Assembly (NCBI GenBank): GCA_028534125.1
Contig: CM052818.1
Location: 9,860,001 to 9,924,000, forward strand
Origin: Lama glama
Taxonomy: Eukaryota
Direction of reading: 5' to 3'
Length of the DNA stretch: 64,000 bases
Below, piece after piece: positions 1 through 41,517 of this stretch. Every line of letters starts with the position of its first letter. Position 1 is the stretch's first letter. Both the position numbers and the translations under genes were made by a program. The notes under the pieces were generated by a model. That model did no database searches. It was not told the DNA's origin and saw nothing but the letters and a program-made list of their open reading frames with translations.

Positions 1-129
1 GTTTCTCTAGTAGGAGAACCCGTCTCGTGAGGTTAGGTCCCTACTCACAAATACCTGTAAATGCAACCCTGCCAACCTGTGAAGTCCGGGCCTCCAGCCA
101 AGGCCTCTCTTCTGGGCTCTAGGCCAGTG

Positions 130-530
130 CGGGCATACTTTAGAGATACTGCGAGTTCAGTTCCAGACTGCTGCAGTAAGGCGAGTCACACAAATGTTTT
201 GGTTTCCCAGTGCATATATAAAAGTTAGGTTTACACTCTACTATAGTCTCTTAAGTGTGCAATAGCATTATGTCTCAAAAAAATACCTTGATTAAAAAAT
301 ACTTTATTGCTGAAGATGCTAACCATCACCTGAGCCTTCAGCAAGTTGTAATCTTTTTGTTGGGGGAGGGTTTGAAACATTGTGAGAATCACCAAAATGT
401 GACAGAGACAGGAAGTGAGCAAATGCTGTTGGAGAAATGCCAACAGACTTGCTCAGTGCAGGGTTGCCACAAACCTTCAATTTGTAAAGAGTACAATATG
501 CGCAAGTTGCAATAAAATGAGGTGTGCCTG
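130..530 (-). mobile_element. Internally deleted Tigger1-type DNA transposon
   Basis: Both Tigger1 ends present (..ggcatac.. and ..gaggtgtgcctg|ta) with characteristic ttggtttcccagtgcata / cagggttgccacaaaccttcaatttgt. Confidence 0.8.
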
Positions 531-534
531 TATT

Positions 535-1290
535 TCCCACTGTCTACTGCACATCTCCATGAGGATGAACTTGAGGCAGCTCAAACTCAACACAGCCAAA
601 TCTGAGTTCATGACCCTTTCACCCCAACACTCCCTCTGTACTCTCAGAATTGATGGACGATACAATGTCTTCCAACCCAAGGGAAGTGGGAACTATCCGC
701 TCCTCTTTCCCTCATCCAGTTTGTTGGCAGATCCTACGCATCCTACCTCAGAAACCTCTCAAAACATATCCCCTCTGTGCTCCCTTGGCTTCCTCCCTCT
801 GCGTTTCTTAGCCAGACCATAGCAGGAGCCTCATCATCTCCCTGCCTTTCTCTCCCCCTCTCCCATCCACAGGTAGTGGGACTCTGCCTTTCTAGCCTCT
901 TCTTAAACCTCTTCCTCGAATGCATCTAGTACTCCTTTCACATGGTCCTACTATAACATCTAATTTCCAGAACCTTCATCTTTTGCATGAGGTTTCCTCT
1001 GCATTGCTTCTCCCCCTCCCACCTCTCCCAACTGTTTGTCTGCCTGGAAGACTCCTAACTGTCCTGCAACATTCTACCCCAAGGTTGTTTTTCCCTAACA
1101 CCATCCCTGACCAAGGTGGAAGTAGGGTCCCTCTGCTGTGCTCCCACAGTGTGATGGAACCCAGATGTCCGCCAACTGTCTACCAGTCTGACGGGCCCTT
1201 CAGTGCAGGGACAGTTTCATTCTTGTTTGTGTCTTGGGTGGCAAACTCAGTGCCTGGTGAATGTTCCATGAACATTTATGGAATGAATGG
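535..1290 (+). mobile_element. L2 LINE 3' fragment, degraded
   Basis: ctcaaactcaacacagccaaatctgagttc near the start and a ...cagtgcctgg...catttatggaatgaatg 3' end. Confidence 0.6.
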
Positions 1291-2359
1291 CTTCAAGACT
1301 TTTGTCTTCCACTGCCCCCATCAACTCAGCCTGTCAGACTGATCTCATCCTTTCTTCCCTCCTTCCCCATCCCCTTCACCTGGTGACCTTGGTGCAGCTG
1401 ATGGGCTCCGAGCTCACAGGGAGTTTAATGGTGCTTTCCCTCTGGTGTGCTCAGCTGGAGGCAGGAAAAGCAGGCGTCCCTGCAGGCGGTGAGTGGGCCT
1501 TGCTGGAGGAGTGGCTGCTTTTGTACATCCTCAGGGCCTCCTGCAGATCAGACTCAATCGCCTTCACTTCCTGTGCTCAGGGAGATTAGATACTGCCTAA
1601 TCAACGCTGATTTTTTTTTTCTCTTCTTAATATTTGAAACTGCCGAGTACCAGTTGCCATCCTAGTGGGTGGCTTTCAGAAATCCCCTCTTTTCTGGTGT
1701 TTGACTTCTTGTGAGTTTCAAGAAACCAATCTGTTTGGAAAGAACCTGCACTTAGAAGTTCTTTGAATTGCTGTGAAGCCCTGGCAGGAAGTGACTTGGG
1801 ATCTGGGCCAGGCAGTCTTGTCTCACTCCCAGGAGAGGCGGGAGTAATTAGGTGTAGGTATGACTGGGTAGGGTGTGGCTTTGGATCACTCCTGTGGCCA
1901 TTGCTCCATGTCTGGCTAGTTTTACAGGTGTAGTCTCACCTGAAATCAAGAGGATGCTCATTGAAACCAGAGAGGTTCACGCTCTTTGAGTCCTGACTGG
2001 CAGACAGCCTTGTTAGGTTCTCAGCTCAGCCTAACCTGTTGTAACCCTTAAGTAGACTGAAGAACAAGCCAGTGGAACTCTTTAAGAATTAAATGAGTTT
2101 TATGCACTTTCTCCAAATAGAACAACTGTTCTGTGTACGTTTGGAGAGGGACTTGGCGGCAGGGCAAGGACCAACTATCACCACGTCACTGGGTGGGAGG
2201 TGATCTAGGACTTCCGTCTGGCTGAGGTGACACAGACACTGGCTTCTTCGGATTCTTTGGATGTGTGTTTAGAAGTGGATGCCCATTCAGGGCCACGTGC
2301 CTTGCCTAGTGCATGATGTGCTGTTTTGTGTAACCCCCTTAATGCTTCAAAATTAATTA

Positions 2360-2560
2360 AACTTCACTGTGTGCCAGGAGCTTCTGGGTTATCTATCTCT
2401 TTTAATGCATTTAGCAACTCTTTGAGGTAGATTCTGTTACTACAACTGCCATTCTTGGAAAACTGAGGAACAGAGAAATGAAGTAATTTCCTCAACTTCT
2501 CTCAGTCGGAGCTGGAATCTGAGCCTAGGCTGTCCGAATGCAGAGCCTCTAAACCACTTC
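2360..2560 (-). mobile_element. MIR SINE
   Basis: Core gaaaactgaggaacagagaaatgaagtaattt. Confidence 0.65.
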
Positions 2561-3679
2561 TCTGTGCTCCTCTGCTGAAACAGGTCTTGATAGATTCACT
2601 TTATGGATTGGTAACCTGGAACCCAAGGTCCTACAAGCAGTAAGATATGGGAGCAGAGATCTGTCTGTTCCAAAGTCTGCAACATTCTCTAACAGCATAC
2701 TGGTCAGATGGTGGATATACTAGTTTAAAAGGCAAAAAGTTCTATAAGTCTTCTTAAAAAAGAAAAAAAGGTTGCCTCCCTTCCTCAGTCCTGATTTCTG
2801 TTCCCTAGAGACATTTATTTTTAAGTCTTTAAGACTTTTCTCCCATTATTTATTCCCAGTTACTATTTTTCTCCTATATTTCTAACTAACATGCTTCCAC
2901 TATGCTAGGCTCTTTGGTTTTGGATATTTTCCACTCACTGCTACTGAAGATGAGGATCTCACTCTCCTACACACTCCTTCCCAGTATAGGTACAATTTGG
3001 GGCTAGTTCAATATTCTCTACTTACGTTATTATGAGTTGGTGAATATTTATAGCTGAGCCATGTGATATACTGTAGACATATTTCCTTTTTATATAACTT
3101 TTTGATTTCCCTGAAATGAATATGTGTCATTAAAAAAAATTACTGCGTGTTCTCAGACTCTGACAGAAGTGTTCACATCCTCGCATGATGATCAAGCATA
3201 TCAAGTGAAACTTCATTTTCATTTTTCTTTTCCTGGTATTTTTTCTCCTGGATCTCTTTGCTTCCTGCTCTCACTTAGATTGATGGCTAAGGAATGCTAC
3301 ACATCTCTTATTCTGGGAGATTAAGTTTGTCTGTCCATCCTGTCTGTAGACCCTGCCAGTCTTTTGGAATATTTTCTTGTGACAGCTTCCCTGGGAGGCT
3401 TGAAGGGCAAGTGTTTAAGGTGGCAGAGAACAAAGCACAGGGGACTAAGTGTCCACTGTAGGTACACGGATGTGAGTGGTAGAGCCTAGGCAGAACTGGG
3501 CTCTCCTGACTCAGCCCTGAGCTCCAGGCAGGAGGCCACAGTGCCCCCTGCAGCCTGGTACAAATGACCATTGCTGCTGCTGGCCAGGCCTGCCTCAAAA
3601 GTTCCAGACTCCACAGAAGGCCAGGTGGCAGGGGTTTGATTCACACTTCCAACTAAGTTCCTTCATAAATGCGAGATAC

Positions 3680-3870
3680 GGTTGAGCACTAGACTTTGAA
3701 TCATACTTCCTGAGTTTGCCGATTAGTAGTTACGCAGTTTGGAGCTGGTCACATAATCCCTGTCTCAATTTTGTTTGTAAAAACGAGAATAGTGCTATCT
3801 CATGAGGATCATTGTAGATTAAGTGCCATAATGTTTTAAAAGGCATATCCTAAATGCTTAGGAAATGTTA
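3680..3870 (+). mobile_element. MIR SINE, degraded
   Basis: ggttgagcactagactttgaatca...ctgtctcaattttgtttgtaaaa... Confidence 0.5.
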
Positions 3871-6397
3871 AACACGTATAATTATGGTCTAGAATTCCTC
3901 AGGAGATAGTAATACTTTTACTATTGAACCCCAGTTCTCTGGTATTCTTGAGTCCCTGGACCATACTGGGATATAATATGAGCCCTGTGTACAACAGAAT
4001 TTTCTAAATAATTTATGCATCTCACTCGAGTGAGTCTTGGTCAGTAAGATATGCCTGTCATTCTTCAGTCTATACCCAGTCCACCCGCCAGGGATTGATT
4101 GACACCCCTTGGCCAGCTGAGGTCAGCTGACCAATACTAAAATAAATACCACCCAAACTTCCCAATTCTTGCCCTTTGTTGATTTTTGGCTTTCACAATT
4201 TTATTATCAATAGATAAAAAGATGTTAAGTTTTTTGGGGTGAGATTTCTCTGGGAGAAAGGAGTATCTGTCCTTCACCTGCTGTCTTTCCCGGCACTACC
4301 TGCTTTAACAGGTTGCATTCTAGAGCAGACTCAGTAAAGAAAGATGATCCAAATCTGAGATGAACTTTTGGGAAGAGAACTAATGCACTATATTTCAAGT
4401 TGTAGGTCACAACTCTCGAGGTTGTGAAATTACCTTTGTGAAATTACAGCTAGTACCTAAAGTATCAACCTGTATCTCGCATAGTAAGGAAAGCATTTTG
4501 TAAAACTTGTATTATATATGTGTATATACATACATAAACCATATATACACACACATTCATGTATGTATGTATATATGTGCTGGCTTACAATATAAAATGT
4601 TTTTAACTAAGCTTTACAGTTGAGAAAGTTTGAAAAACATGTCTTAATGATCGTCACTTGGAAAAAGTTGAAAAACGTGCCTTAATGATTTTCATTAAAT
4701 TTTGTTTGATTCTGCATCTTAGTTCCTTCATCAGGCCTCTCTTACAGAAATCCTCTTCAAATTAAAGAGAAAAAAAAATCAAAACCAACCAACCAAATAA
4801 GATTTATGCATTTTCCTCTTCAGTATTTTCCAGGCACTCACTACATAAAGATTCTTGGATAAAGGTTCCTACTCTCAACTTATAACCTCTCAGGGGAAAG
4901 CAAGTAGGTAAACTGATTATTATGCAAGCTAGATTAATTGAAATGTTAAAAAGTACAAGTAATATGTTAGGAAGGTAGGATGATTGACTCTGGCCAGGTT
5001 ATCATGGAAGGACTTATGGGACCATTAGGCTCAAAATGTCAATAGAGATTGGCAAGGAAAGGGTTAGAAGTGTGTCTTTTTAAGGAGTAATAAGTAAAAA
5101 TTTGGCTGGATCATATGGTTTGAAAGATAGTTTTTAGAACATGTGCTTTAAAAGCAACAAATTTTATCTTGCCCTTAATACCTGAATGCATTCAGATCTG
5201 CAAAGAAGCTGTTACAATGTTAATTTACCTCAGCATTTCAGCACAGTGTGGTAATTGTGTTGAAGTTCTATACCAGGAGCAGTGAGTTGCCCTGTTCAGA
5301 AATTTACACTCCAGGGATGGTCAGCTGGCACTCCAGTCAGTGTTCTTCACAAGTGACTGTTAGAAGTCCTTCTGTCATGCACAGCTCAATCAATACTGGA
5401 GGCTTTGCTTTAATTAGCTTAATAAATGTCAAGTGCATTTCCACTGGTACCATGAGGGCTTGCTAATAATCTTGATGTAGACGCAGACTCTTACTTGTGA
5501 ACTTAAGTACTAGACATCAAGATACGCAGATTGGCTAAAAACAAGTCCCTGTTTATCAACAAGAATGTGACAAGCTCTGTGGCTTACTTCTGTGGACAGT
5601 ACTCAAAAGCTGTGCTAAATGCACCTCGGTTCCACTATTAGTAGAGAATTTTGGTCACCTGATGTTGACCACAAGGATGGTAGAATTTTGCCCCCAGTAT
5701 TTGCTACTGTTTGCTAATGTTTAATAAGATATTCTGTGTCAGGCAAATTGAGGGTGAGCTTTGCTTTCATATTAAGCAGGTAGTGGATACTGCTATCTGC
5801 CAAAGGGTCTGTCAGTTTGAAAAATAAGTAGATGTCTGGTACTTCTGAGTTAGTCCCGAATAATATCAGTCAATCATCAACAGCTATTTATCAAAGCAAG
5901 TTTATTTGATTACTTATTGCAGACAAATAATGAGGCTTGCGTGTACAACTAGGAAATAAGACAGTCCAAATAAAAGGCAGGAAAATTAATATGAACTACA
6001 CAAACAGCTATCTAGAGAGGAACAGCAGCTGCATTCATTTTACATAGTACTGTGAAGTGATGTAGCACCATTTACCTCAAAGATATCATAAGTCCTTTTT
6101 TAAGGTAATGACATGGATCTTTGCAGCAAAAATGCAGCAAGACATTAAAAATTATAGTAAGCCTGATAATCGCATGTTCAACTAACTTCAAATATAAAAT
6201 TATATCAGAAAAATTATTTCAGAAAAAATAGGCAATTGGGGAAGGATCTGACCTTGTACAATCCTATTTAAAAAATCCTAAGGAAATAGTTACCATTATT
6301 GAGACCGGTTTTCTTCCATCACTTGTACTATAGTCATCACTATCATCATGACCTAAATTCTAAGCTTTGGAAGATTTAATAGGTAGGTAGTTATTTA

Positions 6398-6457
6398 AAC
6401 ACACACACAATTTTATTTATAAAAAATTTTTTTCTTTACACTAAAGTTTTGTTTATT
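6398..6457 (-). terminator. Candidate distal polyadenylation signal
   Basis: Minus-strand AATAAA at 6457-6452 and 6417-6412, followed by GU-rich TTGTGTGTGTGTTT at about 6410-6397. Other AATAAA/ATTAAA at 5901, 6720, 7498 and 8716 are alternatives. Confidence 0.45.
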
Positions 6458-9400
6458 GGCCTGTTCAGTCTATTCTGGTCTGAACCACAAACATGGAGGA
6501 ATAAGAACTTTAATGCTACCAAAACCAAAGGATTGGGATCTTTAATGATTAATTCTATTTTTTACCATTTCTAATGATTATTCTAGGCTATTCTACTCTG
6601 GTCAATCTTACGCTGAAATTTGTTGAACTTAAGTTTGACCCTGTTAGTGAATCTAAGTTAACATGAGACATTCATAAATCCAATCATGTTTTTCTAAATA
6701 CTAGTGAAGTTTCATACGATTTATTAAAAAACTTAGAAATTCAGTGTTCCAGAGTCCTCCATCAGTCCACCTGATTAGCTAAGAGCCACAGTACATTTTT
6801 AGACATATACCAGAGAAACATCTTATGGAAAAAATTTCAAAGAGTTTGGGAGTATTCAATCCTGAAAAGCTGTGGTTCCTAACCCCACCTCCTTTTTCTC
6901 TTGCCCTGATTTTACAAGATTTTAAGCCATGTATCCTGTCTCTCAAATTACATAAGTCTCTAAGGTTTAAACTAGCAGATAACTGTTTTCCTTTGATATA
7001 TACTGTTCTTCAGAGCCAGTCACTAAAAATGAGATTAAAATTTAATACCCTTGTGAAAATGAACATGTATCTACATACTGAAGAAGAAGTTGACTTTATA
7101 AAATACACTTCTGGGTATAGTTTCAACACTTGAAATCGAACACATCTACTTAACACCACTGAACATAGCATGTAATCGCAGACCATTCCTTTCCATCTTA
7201 CTTACTTGGAACTAGTACAATGAGGGCTCCTACTATTCTAACAAAATGTACAGTTGACCCTTGAACAATGCAGGAGTTAGGGGCGTCAACCCCCACCCTC
7301 CTTGAAAACACTTGTACTGCTATCTCAAAAACAAAGAAATTGATACGTGACTCACCAAAGGGCAGGAAACTGGAACAGTTTGGATACAATCAGGACTCAA
7401 ACCCTAGTTCTTTTGATTCCACATATTGTGATCACTAATCGAACATCAACTTTCCCCCACACTTAAAGATCTGTAAAATGAAAATACAAATACTACATTT
7501 ATTGGGAAAAAATCCACGTATAGTGAGACCTGTGTAGTTCAAATCCGTGTTCAAGGGTCAACTGCTGCATGTTCTACCTACTGTTCAGGATAGAAAACAC
7601 TTCATTTCTGACCAAACCCACCAACTCAAGCACCTCATCAGTTCCCCAGTTACCAAACAGGTAGAAGAATGCTTTCTTTGAAAAGTCTAACACTGAACTA
7701 TTGGCTGTGTCTTAATCCCATGTCAAATGGACCCTTAAAACAAGAGAAATAACTGTATTATACAGTATAAAGGTTAGGCCTGTTGCTTTCATATTAAAGG
7801 GAAACTCCACTAGTTATTCCAAAGAATCAGTTTATAAAACAGGGTAAACATGGGTATATGTATGGGGAATTCTTCGATTTTAAAGCCTGATAATAGGAGA
7901 TAATAGATAAATAAAGAAGTGCAAACACATCAAATGTATAAAATTAAATCCCTCACTAAAGAAGTTTTCAAGAGTTTGAAGTCAGGTGAATTATTCAGTC
8001 CTTTCATAATCATTCACTTTTGCTGAAATAAGAGTATCGGACAAATCTCAAAATATTCGAATAAAGGAAAAGAGTCAGCTAAGAGAACAGCTTTGCCAAA
8101 GAAGCTACAACTTGGCTATGGGAGTTCATTCTTGTCTTCTGCTATATAAAAAGTGAATAATGGAACAATCATTGTTTTTTCCTTGCTCTTCTTTACTTTA
8201 AAGAAGTTTTCCTTTGTAAAAGTTAAACACCAGAATTTCCATTTCAGAGACCTAGGAGTCAGGGAACAGGAGTGGGAGAAGGATACTGTTCTCTGACAAT
8301 CAGAATTCAAGTATTTCAAGTCAATGGCTTGCAAGAGAAAATGGACTATTACTCCACCTAAACAACATCGCATGAGTCCTACAAACTATGCAACACAGGA
8401 TTTTCCCTGCAGTATTCTAATGTACCATTTTGTGTTTTTCCTACTGGATCTACTAAATGGTGAGTGAAAGGTAGACTGAAGAAGGTAATATATACCAGCA
8501 TTCCTGGCTGTGCAATCTATACATTTTCATTTTAAGAATAATTTAAGCATAATCCATATTTAAAAAATTAGACTAAAGAGAGACAGTAAAGGTTTTAAAG
8601 TTTTCTCTTTGAAAAGATGGTATCTTACAGTACATACAAAAATACTCTGAAAATACATACGACTTCATTTACAAAACACTGAATCAACATATTACAAGAA
8701 TTACATGGTTATGGATTTAATAAATGGAGCATGCGTTCATGAAACTTAAAAAAAAATTAAATGCATTGAAAAAAGCAGTGTAAAAAAAAGACAACTCATA
8801 TATTCAAATAAAAATTACAAAGGTCCTGAGCCAATTAATGGTTGGTAACAGTGTCATTCAAAAATGCCTTTACGTTTCAATAAAATCCACTGCTTATTTC
8901 TGCATGCCTAGTCCATGAAGAAACTGATGTTGTGGGGTAAGTAATGGTCAGGAGTTATCATGCCAAGTTAACTGTACACCTCAAAAATACAAGTTTGCCA
9001 TACTTAAAGGTATCTTATCGTTGATGCTGGAATGAGTTGCTCCGTAGTAAAAAAAACACCAACAAGAATGGCATGAGATAGGATATGTAACAACTTCACC
9101 ATTCATATACTGACTTTCAGTATCCTGGCTGTATTTTGATTCTTAATAAAGATGCACTTCGAAGGCCTCCATAGGAGGCAAAATACAGAGAATTTATGGT
9201 GCCCAACTCTTATGTAATCACGGGACTAATCCTCCCTGGTAACTATGCAACATTTGGACAGAAAGGCACAAAAAAAAATAATTTAAATATTCCATGTGCC
9301 AATCTGGGAAAAAATAATTTAAATCAACAGAACAGACAATAAGTACATCTACACACATGAGGAAAGCAGAAAAGATACCACACATTCATTTATCTCAGGT

Positions 9401-9870
9401 TTCACAAAGTGGCTTCAATGCTAAAGTAAATGTGTTAAAATCGGGAAAATTATTTTTGTTGTTTTTCAACTTTTTCAGTTTTATACAATGATTACAACAT
9501 AAGACTTAAAAAAAAAAAAAGTTCAGGACTTGTTTTATCAGTGTCCAAAGAGCCAAGAACTGGTTCCCATAACAGAGTAACAAGCATCGAAAGTTAAGGC
9601 AGTAAAACTTCCAACGCAAAGCCATAATAGTGTAGATGACAATTTGATAGCAGGTGATCCTCAGAGAAGTGTATGTAGCAATCAATGAGAGAATGCTACA
9701 GCATCTGCAGGTCAAAGTGTGAGAGTTCAAAAACCACTTCAAGGTTGTTAGGCTGATGGCTGTAACTTTCACCTTACTTTATGTATGACAGCCACTTCTA
9801 TTTTAAAAAGAGTGGCTGCATCTATGCCACTAAATGATTGCATATTCACTTAAGTAAGGAGGCACTGCTT
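6430..9870 (-). other. PAPOLG: PAPOLG 3' UTR (distal end uncertain)
   Basis: AT-rich, largely repeat-free sequence after the stop codon with many TGTA motifs on the minus strand. The end is placed at a candidate poly(A) signal. Confidence 0.5.
7251..7564 (+). mobile_element. Tigger2/MER8-type MITE
   Basis: Perfect 17-bp TIRs cagttgacccttgaaca / tgttcaagggtcaactg, TA at the left flank. Confidence 0.8.
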
Positions 9871-38593
<28,723 letters not shown>

Positions 38594-38745
38594 CGCTTCC
38601 TGCGTCTCCCTCAGCGGCGAGTGTATTTCGCTCTGGAGTCCTGTTCTTGCTCTTCCCTTCCCCTCCTATCCAATTTCCTCCGCTCGCTTGTAGCTCGCTT
38701 GCTCGCTCACTTCCTCACTTCCTACGACCGAGGCATACAACCGAG
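38594..38745 (-). other. PAPOLG: PAPOLG 5' UTR (TSS approximately 38742, uncertain)
   Basis: Purine-rich leader directly upstream of the ATG, about 30 nt downstream of a TATA-like CATAAATA. Resembles the human mRNA leader as I recall it. Confidence 0.6.
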
Positions 38746-39061
38746 TAGTGAAAACACCACAAAACCGGCTCTATTTATGACAATACAGCGCGGCCGACGC
38801 CAATATGGCGCCGCTTCCCAGCCTGCCCTTCGCCCGCCGCGGCCCCGCCTCTGGAGGCCTGGACCCGCCCTCGGCCACGCCCCCTCCCCTTCGGGTCCCG
38901 GGAGGCTCCGGTGGCTCCGCCCACAGGGGCGCTCGAACGAGTTCGGGTTGCAAACGCAGGTCCGAAGGAGCGTTTGGTCCCCTCTTAAGCCGGTGGGGCT
39001 GTCATTCCAAGTTCACCGCTTGGAAGATGATTTGAAACACGTTTTTTGTCTTATGGGAGCC

Positions 39062-39100
39062 TATATCATATATATATATATATTTTAAATACATATATAT
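39062..39100. repeat. (AT)n microsatellite just upstream of the CpG island
   Basis: catatatatatatatatttt. Confidence 0.8.
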
Positions 39101-39577
39101 TTTAAAAACCTCACAACTTTGCCTAGCAAATATTATTTTAACTCTTCCATTATACCACTTTAATTTAATCTTAGCTGTGTGTAATCTAATCAGGCCTGAG
39201 GCCACACCCTGGAACCTGTGACTTTAATTACCCCGGAGAAAAGCAAGCTTGTAAATTGGAGGCTAACTGTTGACTTCATCTAACTATAACTGTACCTCGC
39301 CCTGATTCAGGACATTGTAGCAGTTAAGGGAGAGAGGTTGAAAGGAAGGCTAGCAGTTTTCAAGAAGAGGATAAACACAAGGCTGAATCAAAACTGCAGT
39401 TTCAAATGATGGAGATCATGTTCGATGTCAGTATTAGGAGGAAAACAAAAATGATGACAAATTTAAAAATGTTAAAGGGTAAAAATAATTTAAAACGCTA
39501 ATTCATTACAAGGAAAAGAATGTCAAGAAGCTGCTTTTTCTTGGAATGTGACTCAGCATCACAGTAGAGATTATAGA

Positions 39578-40220
39578 ATCATTCATTCAAAAATATTTAC
39601 TGAAAACCTAATCTGTGCCAAGCACTGTGTATGGCTCCAGTAATTTAATCGTGCATAAAACCAGATGTATTCTTTAATCTTGTAAAGATTGGAGTTTGGT
39701 GAGGAAACACTCAAATATATTTTGATATTTGGTAACAGTCAAGTGATATTCCTTTGTTGCAGAACTAAATCACCTACTATGTGTCAGGCACAGGAGATAC
39801 TTAATTCCTGCTCTCAAGAGTTCAAAGTCTAGTGAAGGAGAAAAAACGTACACAGAGATCATTAAAATACAGTATGGTGTGTGATAATATGGGGTCAGGG
39901 GTTTTAGGGAGGCCTAAAGTGGGCCACCTAAACTTGGGGGTGGGGTTGCTCAATAGGGCTTCATAGAGTAGGGCATGTGCTTAAATTAGCAAGATTTGGG
40001 AGTAGGGATTGGGTGCAGGTGGTAGGGAGAAGGCAAAGCCTACCCCAGGTAGGATACAGTAACAGCATGGGCTTCAGTGCGAGGGAGGCTCAAATTTGAA
40101 TTCTAGTATTGCCACTTACTAATTTTGTGACCTGAGGGCAATTAACCTTAAAAAGGCCTTTCCTCATCTATAAAATGAAGTTAATAGGATTGTAAGAGAA
40201 TTAGATGAGAAGAGTATGTA
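39578..40220. mobile_element. L2 3' ends (minus) and a MIR (plus, about 40065-40220)
   Basis: tcattcattcaaaatatttactga...tgtgccaagcactgtg; cacctactatgtgtcaggcac; ttgccacttactaattttgtgacc...ttcctcatctataaaatg. Confidence 0.7.
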
Positions 40221-41517
40221 TAGCCAATACACATCTCAGTCTGAAAGGTCAGACATGCAGAAAATACCACTTTATTTTCTAAAACAACTTTTCTCTCTGA
40301 GCCCCTCATTATTCTGAGCTGGCAGACAAAGACAATCTTGGTCACCCTGGGTCTCCCCCTTCCCACTTCTTGAGACCAATCAGTGGAGTTAGGGCAGATT
40401 GTGTACATCTGGTACTGGCCCCTGGTAACGCACCTTCCTGTCTTCTTGGCACCTGGGCCTGGAGGGTCCCTGCTGCCTTCAGGTCTTGTCTAGTGCTCAT
40501 TGTAAAGGCTTGTAGTCTTAGCCCAGAGCCATCCTAGAGCTACTTCTTCCCACTGCACCTCATCTCCCGAAGAGTTTACGGAAACTTGGCAGTCTGGGAG
40601 ATAGTTTCCTTTCCTCAGTGTTTCTAACCAAGGCGTTTGTTGCTAGCCACATACAATTCTCTTTAGGGCCCAGCCTTGCTTCAAACACAAACACACCAGA
40701 AAGATTTGCCGGCTGATTCTGTTATCTGCCAAGGGCAGAGCCCTTAGCTTAGGGCCAGGCACATAAGAATCAATAAACTGAACTCTTATTTACATTGATT
40801 ACTGCAACTCTTCTCTCTTAATTTTTCTCTTTACGTATTTAATTTTGAAATATTTCTTGTCCTTCTTTCCTTTCTTTTTCCTTTTATTTTCACCTGTATA
40901 GAATGCTTTGTTTGCTCTTACCTGCTGTAGTAATTTGGAACAAAAATGAACTCTGCTTTTAATTTTACTAGTTCAATGAAATCGTAAAGTGTTTCAAAGA
41001 CAGCTTTAAACCTTTATCTAACTATCAAAGCCAATATCAGAACAATACTTTCAATTTTCTTTTACATTATTTGTAGTTTGCCTCAATTTTTGTTGTTTTT
41101 CTTCTTGTTTCCCTGTCTTTGTTAATCTACCTGGGATTGAATACCAGTCCTCAACCCCCATTTCAATAAGGACACTTTCTTTCAAAGAAGAAATGTTTTC
41201 CTCTTTGGGGGTCTACACCGTAGCTGTAATTTTCCAATTACAAATGTAACCCAAAAAAGGAAGCCTGTCCCTCTCTTCCATTCCTAACTCCAGCTTTATT
41301 CCCCAGGAAACCATTATTAAAAGCTGGGTACCTATCCTTCAGAATGTTTTCAATATATCCCAAACTACATATAAACATGTACCAGAGGTTTTGGTTTTGT
41401 TGTTTTTAATTTAAAAAAAAAGGATTGTACTGTATGTGTTGTTCTGTTTCTTGGTTTTGTTGTTGCTGTTGTTTTTAACCTAAAAAATCATGAGCATCTT
41501 TCTATGTCAGTAAATCT

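Noticed and set aside
231..1665. Overlapping ORFs of 60-140 aa on both strands
   Set aside because: They lie in Tigger1/L2 relics, have no recognisable domain or splice structure, and many begin at non-ATG codons
5230..5480. Complex non-repeat stretch with TAATTA motifs and a 72-aa ORF
   Set aside because: Could not assign it to any gene, RNA or repeat family from sequence alone; needs a conservation search
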